From: Lama glama
Taxonomy: Eukaryota
Assembly: GCA_028534125.1 (NCBI GenBank)
Contig: CM052818.1
Coordinates: forward strand, 3,970,001 to 4,034,000
DNA length: 64,000 nt
Reading direction: 5' to 3'
Shown here: positions 53,636 through 61,680 of the stretch, in pieces
Layout: each line of letters starts with the position of its first letter
How positions within the stretch are numbered: position 1 is the first letter of the stretch
Made by a program: the position numbers and the translations under genes
Notes under the pieces: model-generated
The model's input: the letters and a program-made list of their open reading frames with translations, nothing else
Database searches by the model: none
What the model was told of the DNA's origin: nothing

Positions 53636-54242
53636 TTGGCCGTGACACGTGTGGGCTCTAGTTCCATACAGAAGCAAGAGTAATCAGGAGAGGTCTTTAG
53701 ACATGCGTATACTCCAACCAGTTTTGAGTGTCATGCTTTCAAGGAGCATTATTTGCACCTTCACTATAAAGCAGGACAATCCAATTAGGTAAGAACAATT
53801 CTTTATAAGGTGTAGCCCATTTCGGATTAAGTTTGATGCTTTATTTTGCATTGTAAAACCGACCTTTTAATAATGCTGAAATCATAGGTGCATTTTCTTA
53901 TCTGACCAAGGTTTTCTCCTCTTACTTCATTTAAAATAATACCTTCCAAAGATAAATATTTTAAAGATTATCTTACTAATTTCTTTCTCTTTTTCTAAAT
54001 GAAGGCAATCCAACAAATATTAGATAAATTAGGGAAAAAATATCTTCTAGTCTATCCTTGACAAACTGATTGTTGGCATACTGTTTAATGGTGAAAAAAA
54101 TGGAAGTATTAGCTGAGTATATCTGCTATCACCTTTATATTTCACATTGCTCTCAATGTTCTAACCAAAGCAATTAGGCAAGAAAAATTTGAAAAGAGGG
54201 ATTATAGTAAAGGAAGCAATATGATCAAACTTGTAGACATTA

Positions 54243-54842
54243 TTGTCTCCACAAAACTGCCTTCACTTTGGAAATTAGCTACAAGGTCTGGAGTCATCAG
54301 GCCACCGTCACTTTGACCAGCTGGCTAAAAATTCAGGGGTTCTCAACTCCCTCTCAGGTTCAATTATTCACTTAAGTGACTCAGAACTCAGTTTTACTAT
54401 AGCAGTAGGACACATATCAGAACTAGCTGAAGAGAGATGTATAGGACAAGGTCTGGGAGGTTTCCCAATCATGAATCTTCCTTTGTCCCCTCTCCGTAGA
54501 GTCAGGATTGTCACCCTCATTGACACACTGATGTGGAGTATTGCCAACCAGGGAAGCTCACCCGAGCTTGGGGGTCCCTAGTTTTTCCTGGTTAGTCTTT
54601 CTTCATTAGGTTCACTATTGATTGAATCATGGGTCCTGTGACTCAATCTCCAGCCTTCACCCCTCCGCTGAGGTCAGGCTGGTACAATGCAGCTCAAAGC
54701 TCAAACCCTCTAACCACATGGTTGGTCTTTCTGGCATGATCCGCCCCTATCCTGAGTCATCTCATTTAGGAAATTACAAGCATTCTGAGACTACCTCCTA
54801 GGAAGCTGGGAGACAAGCCACCCATGTTCTTTATTACACACC
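54243..54842 (-). mobile_element. LTR (MER21-like)
   Basis: caaaactgccttcact..gaccagctggcta.aaattcaggggtt..gccaaccagggaagctcacc..aaccctctaaccacatggttggtctttctgg..tctttattacaca. Confidence 0.75.
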
Positions 54843-56039
54843 TGCCTGTCTAATATAAAACAGCAACCTCTTCCCTGCCCAACCTTCCACTGATGGTTCA
54901 CCGACTTCCTTCATGTTATTCTGTTCCCTTCTTAACAGTTATCATCATTATTCATATTGTATATATATTTATTTATTGCTTTTTCCCACCACTGGAATGT
55001 AAACTTCATGAAGACAGGCACTTTAACTGCTTTTTTTTCCCACTTTTTCTATAACATAGGAGGTGCTTAATGGTGTATGATAAATACACACACACATAAG
55101 TAGCATAAATATAGAGTTGCAAATAGGATGTGCTATTGGTGACGTTCTTAGTTAAGGGGACTGAGCTGTGATTTTGTTGTCTGATTTGAACCCTGTGGAT
55201 CAAGATAATACTAGGAAAGATGATGTTTTAAAACAGACCCCGTCTAATCTGAATATCTAGGTAGGAGTGATTTAATGGTAAATTTTGACATACTTTCTCT
55301 TATGGTTGAATTTGGCTGTACTTCCCAGTACTCTTGATTGGTTATTTCTAACTTTTGAATGTTTGGGAAGTTTAAAACTCAGTGAACAGACATAGGTACC
55401 TATCAATATGAAAGTACCTTGGGAAAATTGGCTTCAGGTTAAAATTTATTAGTGGATGTTCTGGAAGGATTCAACCAGTGAGGATTTGGTTTAAGCCATA
55501 TAATTATGTCAGAAGAGCAACTGGGAGGACACCAGACAAATATTCTAACAGTGGGAAAGAACTTATCTAAAATATTTTGTGTTAACGTTTCCCTCTAAGG
55601 GTCAGGCTTGTAACAGGATAGTATCTGCTCCTCTCCGGTGCCTCTTGGGGTGATGAAATCACCAGATAATTGAGGTTATCCACAGACCAAACAAAACTGC
55701 CAGTGGCCAGCTGCACAGCTGGCTTCCAAGCAGTGATTTAGAGTCCGGAGAGCAGGGCTTGGCACTGGCACAGCTCGGGAACAGTGGCTTCTCTCTGCAG
55801 ACCTCTTGGCATTCTGGTGCTGAATGAAGTCATTTTCAGTTACACCGCTCTTCTAGGGGCTTGGGTCAAAGGCTGAGTGTTTGGAACCACCAGCCTCGGT
55901 CTTCAGCAAGAAATGAGAGTCCCCTGCCTTGTGTTGGAATGAAAGAGCAGTTTCTTTCCATCCTCGTGGGTCTTGCCCTCCTATCATCTTCATAACATTA
56001 ACTTACTTATTGTGCTTTTAACTTTTAAAATTTATAATT

Positions 56040-56325
56040 AATGCTGGCCATTCTGACTGGTGTGAGGTGATACCTCATCATAGTTTTGATTTGTATTTCT
56101 CTGATGATTAGTGATATTGAGCATATTTTCATGTGCCTATTGAACATTTGTATTTCTTCCTTGGAGAATTGCTTGTTTGGGTCTTCTGCCCTTTTTTGGA
56201 TTGTGTTGTTTGTTTTTTTCTTATTATGTTGTATGAGCTGCTTATATATTCTGGATATCAAGCCTTTGTCGGTTTCATCATTTGCAAAAATTTTCTCCCA
56301 TTGCGTAGGTTGTTGTTTTGTTTTA
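56040..56325 (-). mobile_element. Internal L1 ORF2 fragment without 3' UTR or poly(A), inside an older L1ME-like remnant (~56000-56720)
   Basis: ORF 56025-56399 contains [48 protein letters not shown] with no stops; homology ends abruptly on both sides. Confidence 0.9.
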
Positions 56326-56790
56326 CTCAAGTATTGAGTAAGTGCAAAAGACTTTAAAAAAAATCTGTAAAGTGTAAAGACTAATGATACAACACACACT
56401 TATGGAGTTCCCTTGCCTTAATCTAGTTTGAGAAAGAGAGAGAGCATCACCACTGCCTTGAAAGTCATCCATTTGCCCCTCTAAGAACCCTTGTCTCCAT
56501 CTCAGGACTATACGATTATACCAAATTTTGTGTTATCATTCCTTTGTTTTTGGTCCTACTATTACCACATACAAATGTATTTCTAAAATATGTATTGTTT
56601 AGTTTTGCCTGTTTTTGAACTTCATATAAATACAATGCAGTTTCTTCTGCAATTTGCTTTTCGGAACCAATGCTATTTTTCAGAACCATTTATGTTGTTG
56701 CCTGAGGTGATTTCATTGCTGTTCATAAGATGTGCACTACCAGCATCGTAGACCTTCCAAAATGTCCTGAAGCCATGAGATGTGGAGACT

Positions 56791-57348
56791 TGTTAAAAAG
56801 GAGGGAAGCAGAATTTAAGAGGAGTTAATATGTGGTTTTGAGGTGGGAAGCCCCATAAAAAGACCAGCAGGACCCCCAGGCAGGGCCACTACTCTCCTGC
56901 CAGCACCATCCGGTTCCCTGGCCCAGCAGTTCTATCTCAATTTTTGCCTCTGAAATGGCTTACTTCTAGGAAAGTGGAACTTACCCCTAAAATTCTATTG
57001 ATTCCCTGAGCTCACTCCTGATTGGTTATTTCCTTCACTCTTGATTGGTCCATTTCCCTCACTCCTGATTGGTTATTTCTCTTCCTCCTGATTGGTCCAT
57101 TTCTACAAAGCTTGTTCCTAATTAGTCAACTTTTGTTATACCTTATTTGCATATGATGTTGCAACGTGTAAACTGGCAGCCTATAAAAGCCTGTGTAAAC
57201 GGGGTCCAGAGCTTAACTCCTCTGGGCCCGCTGGCGTAGTAAACCTGAGTTCTCCAACTCTCCAAGTGCTGCTTGGTCTCTCGCCCAGATCCAGGTTGCT
57301 GTCACAACTGAGCTGTAACACTGAGCTGTAACACGTTTTTCTGCAACA
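56791..57348 (+). mobile_element. ERV solo LTR with tandem CCAAT-box array
   Basis: tgtt...aaca termini; four ATTGG boxes in a 23/24-bp tandem repeat (57011-57103); ATTTGCAT at 57145-57152; TATAAAA at 57182-57188; AGTAAA at 57238-57243; duplicated actgagctgtaac in U5. No clean TSD. Confidence 0.85.
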
Positions 57349-57795
57349 GTTTCAAGGAGAAAGAAGGAGACTTGGATCTTGGTCTTGATATAGTTCCTAG
57401 TTCCAGTGTTTTTTGATACCAGCTGCTTTTCTTGCCCCAAGAGTATCTTAGATACTCCAGTACCTTGCAATAACCACCCCTGCCCCCTTTTCTGGCTTAA
57501 GCTACTCTGAGTGGATTTCTGCCCTTGCTGATCTGAAATGTTGCTGTTCACATCAACTATAGAGCAGTCTTCAGAGCAGTTCGATGGTCTTGGAACCATT
57601 TCCAGAGCTGTGGTTGGTAGCATCAGAAGCAGCTGAAGCGGTTCTTTATAAGGGGTAGGCCCTGAATACAGGCTAATTGTTGGGTCTAGTGCACTTTGAC
57701 AGCTTGCCACCACCACATTGCGCTTCTGATCCTGTGCATCCCAAATGGAAATCATAAAGAGTTTTAGTGTAAGCTGAACTCAGTGCTAAAATAGG

Positions 57796-57801
57796 TTTAT
57801 T
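57796..57801 (-). terminator. GKN1: GKN1 polyadenylation signal AATAAA
   Basis: tttatt on the + strand, about 130 nt after the stop codon. Confidence 0.8.
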
Positions 57802-57927
57802 GACACTTGAAGAAACCAAACATAATTAGGAGAAAACATTTCAGAATGACATGATAAAAACCATTAGAACTCATATTTTTCTGTATAGAATATTCTGATG
57901 ACTAAATCCACAGCAACTTTTTTTTTT

Positions 57928-58022
57928 TTAGTACTCCACTGTTTCTCCACAGAAGGAAATGTTCAGAATCCAGAGTATATTAGTAATGAAGCACTTTTCT
58001 GAGTACAAGATCAGGCTTTCCC
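57928..58022 (-). CDS. GKN1: GKN1 coding exon 6 with stop codon
   Basis: 95 nt, tttttatcag acceptor; (G)ESLILYSEKCFITNILWILNISFCGETVEY-TAA. The six exons sum to 552 nt = 183 aa + stop with an unbroken frame. Confidence 0.96.
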
Positions 58023-58424
58023 CTGATAAAAAGGAAAGAAGAAACAAGTATCAATGCCTTTTCAAGTACTTTATTGGGAGGGCAGGGGGATAGGAGAGGA
58101 ATGTCACAGTTTCAAAACTAACTCTGCAGTGTTTCAAGATCTAGCTAGCTGGCTGTCAAGATTAAATCAATCAATTCAGAGGTCTGGAAAGTTGCTAGTA
58201 TGTTAGACTCCTAGGTGAACACTTTGTTTTTGTGTAAGTTATTCTTTGAATGCCCAGAATTAGTGATTGTTTGAGCTATTAAAAGTCAGTAGATTTTATT
58301 GGCATTCTCTTTTCACTTAGCAATTCATGCATTGTTTTTAAAAATATGTCTTGAGTTTTCTCTAGATTCACTCTTGAGAGAAAGTGTTTCAGAATGCTTA
58401 AAAGCACAGAAACCAGAGCCAAAA

Positions 58425-58605
58425 ATGCTTAGGATTGACCCCGGCAACGGATCTGTCACCTTTCTGTGCCTGTTTCCTCATCCAGAAAGTGAGGAAAACA
58501 ATAAAACCTAGCACATAAGATTGCTGTCGGCAGCAAGTGAGTTACTTAAAGCACGCAGAATAGAGCGCAGCACAGGGCAAGTGCTGCGTGAGTGTCCGCC
58601 TTGAT
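58425..58605 (+). mobile_element. MIR SINE in GKN1 intron 5
   Basis: acctttctgtgcctgtttcctcatc..aataaaacctagcacataagattgctgt..taaagcac.cagaa core. Confidence 0.75.
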
Positions 58606-58707
58606 TACCATCTCCTGAGTACCTGGTGCCCTCTGTAGGCGTGGCCGAGAATCGCCTGCCAATCCCACCGGCGCTAACTTGCAGCACACAGTAGGGAGGC
58701 TACTCAC

Positions 58708-58849
58708 CTTGAATCTCTTCAGCCATGTATGTTGGAACCCCCTTGCACATGGTCACGATGGATTTCCCAAACTTGTCCAGGTCATTGACTTTGTTATGGC
58801 TAACGGAGTACATCAGGCCCTTGGGAGGTGGTCCCCCTGGTCCTTTGCC
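58708..58849 (-). CDS. GKN1: GKN1 coding exon 5 (BRICHOS domain); acceptor predicted 6 nt downstream of the ancestral position
   Basis: GKGPGGPPPKGLMYSVSHNKVNDLDKFGKSIVTMCKGVPTYMAEEIQ+G, with GTGAGTA donor. The only AG after the polypyrimidine tract is the CAG at 58852-58850, so the exon is 142 nt. The 5' boundary is a prediction. Confidence 0.9.
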
Positions 58850-59277
58850 CTGAAGCGGAGTGTGGAGAAGACAGGTGGAAAGGAGGAGAGAGAGTGAGTG
58901 CTACGCCCAGTGGCTTGTTGAATTAGGGGCTGGGTACAAGACCCACAGCCGGCATTGCTTGGCTATAATTCTTCCATAACGAAAATGAAGAAGGACCAAT
59001 GGCAACCCTGTATAGCTCAGAATTTCTAAGTATCCTAAGGGGTTTAGCTGGTCGGAAACCTTCATGAAAGCAGAAGTCTGAGGATAAATTTATTCTGAAG
59101 CCTGGACCTCATCTTGTTATCTGATATTTTTTGGATTCAGTTATATTATAAATCAGCTTCTGAGAAGGGGGTCTATTTAATTTCTCTACACTGTCAATGA
59201 GTGGTACCCATTTATCAGTTATAGGAATAGGAGCAATTTGGAAAATGATGGATCCCCTCTCCTCACCCATCCCGACT

Positions 59278-59470
59278 AGAGTTGCCAGATAAAACACAGG
59301 ACACTCAGCTAAATTTTAATTTCAGATAAACAACAAGTCATTTGTAAGTATAAACATGTCCCCAGTATTGCACAGGGTATACTTATGCTAAAGGTATTAC
59401 CCATTATTTATCTGAAGTTCAAACTCAGCTGGGTATATTCTAATTTTCATTTACTAAATCTAACAACTTT
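59278..59470. mobile_element. MER53-like palindromic hAT MITE in GKN1 intron 4
   Basis: gttgccagataaaa.acaggaca..aatttcagataaacaac..atgtccc..atacttatgctaaa..tttatctgaagttcaaa; the two arms are reverse-complementary. Confidence 0.85.
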
Positions 59471-59775
59471 AACCCAAATCTTGCAGAAAAATGTCCTTGG
59501 AAAGTGCTGAGGGCTCCCCTTGCCGTGAACAGGGCTTAACTCCTCTGACAGTAAAGGTGAGGAGTTCTGCTCGGCCTCTGTGGAGGCAGGTGTGAGCCAC
59601 AGCACTTGAGTGTGGTGGTAGCTGCCCCTCCGCAGGCAATCACCAACTCCCCCCCTTCAGTGCTGCACACTACATCACACTGTGGTTACGAAGGAACATT
59701 TGTGACCTTGTTATTTATTGGAAATCATAAGATCTCCCCCGCGCAAAAATAAGAAGACTTTATTTTTATTTTTAC

Positions 59776-59886
59776 CTTCTTTTCCTTGACGAGTGCATCA
59801 AGGGCTTGAAGAGAGGGCATGACTTCCTTGTTCATTTTGTGCACAATGCACACCTTCTTGTGAAAGAGCCTGGTCACAGCGAAGCC
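59776..59886 (-). CDS. GKN1: GKN1 coding exon 4 (BRICHOS domain)
   Basis: 111 nt, ttaacag acceptor and GTAAAA donor; GFAVTRLFHKKVCIVHKMNKEVMPSLQALDALVKEKK, including the first BRICHOS Cys. Confidence 0.97.
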
Positions 59887-60845
59887 CTGTTAAAGAAGAT
59901 GGTATGTTCTCCAAGGTGCTTTGCTCATCAGAAACCAGTTTCGGCAGCAGAAGGGAATGGAACTCTGAGATCGCGATGAACTGGCTTAAGAGCGCTGGAT
60001 GTGACCCTGCTTTGCAGCTGTATTTATTACTAACATTTGTCAGGACAGACCACAAACTCTTTGAAGGAGAGACTGAGTGTGGAATTCGTTGCTTTCTCTT
60101 CAGGTGCTAGCCCCAACACAGTCCCTCTACATATGTCTATTTTGCAGAAATAAATGCTTAAATTCTATCATACTTTGATCTCCTTTGATCCTCACAGAAT
60201 TTCAAGGAGGCAAGTAAGACAGGAATTAGTTTTCTAACTGACCAGATGATAAAACTGAAACTGTAAAGAACTGGCTTTTTTCAAGTACAAAGTTTATTAA
60301 ATACAGAGCTGTTAATTGCAGAATTGAGCATCTTAACTAGAGCCAACTGGTTTTTTGTTTTTGTTTTGTTTTTTTGTTTGTTTGTTTTTATTTCCCTTAC
60401 TAGTTAATATTATCATTTACATTTCCTTTGGTCCTTTTGCGTTACAGATGAAATGTCAATTTCTGTCTTTTTAGAAGGAAATTGAAGATAGAATGAGATA
60501 GACTATGCAGTCATATTATGAGGGTTTTTCACCTTTACTGAGGGTTTCTACAGGTTAAGCAAAAGGATGTCCTATTTGACTTAGAGCCTCACAGCATAGT
60601 GGATCCTAATTACTATTCACTGGCTTGAATTTTAACTTATTGTGAGAAACTTAATAACAACACTTGTATCTAGGGAGTGAAACTGGATGAACAAAACAGG
60701 CACTTTTACTTATAACTCTATGCTTATGTGCAGTTTGAATTTATATTATTTTTAACTTTCTAATGGTTAGCAGGCAAATTTAAATTGTTATTAGAAAAAA
60801 AATGCCATATTTGTAAAGAACAGATACTGCATGTTGACTACCTAC

Positions 60846-60983
60846 AGTTTCGTAGTCCCAGAGGGAATTCCAGGAGCCCCATCCATTGTTATTGTCAACA
60901 TTGGCCACGTTATGCTCATTGTTGACGCTCACTGACTGCTGCCCACTTCCACCACTGTTGTCTTCATCACTGACATTGATATT
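60846..60983 (-). CDS. GKN1: GKN1 coding exon 3
   Basis: 138 nt, tttcag acceptor and GTAGGT donor; NINVSDEDNSGGSGQQSVSVNNEHNVANVDNNNGWGSWNSLWDYET, a characteristic GKN1 sequence. Confidence 0.98.
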
Positions 60984-61071
60984 CTGAAATTTACAAGAAA
61001 TTGACAGTGATTTAATACCGCATTTCTTTGCAAATGCATTTTGGTAACACACTTTAAAACGTGAGACTTAC

Positions 61072-61125
61072 ATAGTCAGCAAAGGCAGGAGTCAGGAAGG
61101 CACCAAGAAGTCCAGCAAAGACAAT
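61072..61125 (-). CDS. GKN1: GKN1 coding exon 2 (signal peptide)
   Basis: 54 nt, tttcag acceptor and GTAAGT donor; IVFAGLLGAFLTPAFADY. Confidence 0.96.
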
Positions 61126-61539
61126 CTGAAATCACAAATGACATTGGTCTACCGTCACCAGGCAAAGCAATATTTTCTTCTTTCTTTCTCTCTCTAAGCT
61201 TATAAAATTATTTGCTAATTATTTTACAACTCTGTAGAGTGGTCTGTCTTTTCTTCTTCTGTGCCCAGACCTGAATCAGGAGATCTAGAAAGATCTGGAA
61301 AGTAATTTTTAAAAGACATCATAATATAAGATCCTTAGACAGCTGTCTAATCCCAGTATAACTACCCTTCTCTATAGAGATGCTTATAAATGCTATGGTT
61401 CCATGAAAAGAAAAGAGCAATTATTACTATTATTTTTCCATCACAGTGATATTGTCATAAGAAGCAGACTCCCTCAGTTCAGAATAGCCACAGTCCCCAA
61501 TTCTAAGGTAATAAATTCAAAAGGAAAAAATCTACTCAC

Positions 61540-61551
61540 TGTGAACTTCAT
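61540..61551 (-). CDS. GKN1: GKN1 (gastrokine-1/AMP-18) coding exon 1 (MKFT)
   Basis: aagATGAAGTTCACA followed by GTGAGTA donor; A at -3; matches the GKN1 signal peptide start. Confidence 0.93.
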
Positions 61552-61610
61552 CTTGGCTTCACCAAAGCAGTGGAGCAGAGGAGAAGGCAGGCATGGACTC
61601 AAATAACGTC

Positions 61611-61680
61611 TTCTTATATTTGTACTTGACCCGTTTTACTCAAGCTAGGTGTGAACAGGTGAGGTCCAAGACTTATCTTT
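61611..61680 (-). promoter_or_regulatory. GKN1: GKN1 proximal promoter: TATA box and GATA site
   Basis: TATAAGAA at 61618-61611, about 60 nt upstream of the ATG, and AGATAA within 61671-61680 on the minus strand. Fits a gastric-epithelium gene (GATA4/6 binding is inferred). Confidence 0.65.

Noticed and set aside
57011..57103. Short regularly spaced repeats as a CRISPR-like array
   Set aside because: Head-to-tail tandem units without unique spacers, inside an LTR in mammalian DNA.
57213..57755. 180-aa minus-strand ORF downstream of GKN1
   Set aside because: Runs from unique DNA into the LTR, lies past the GKN1 poly(A) signal, and has no recognisable homology.
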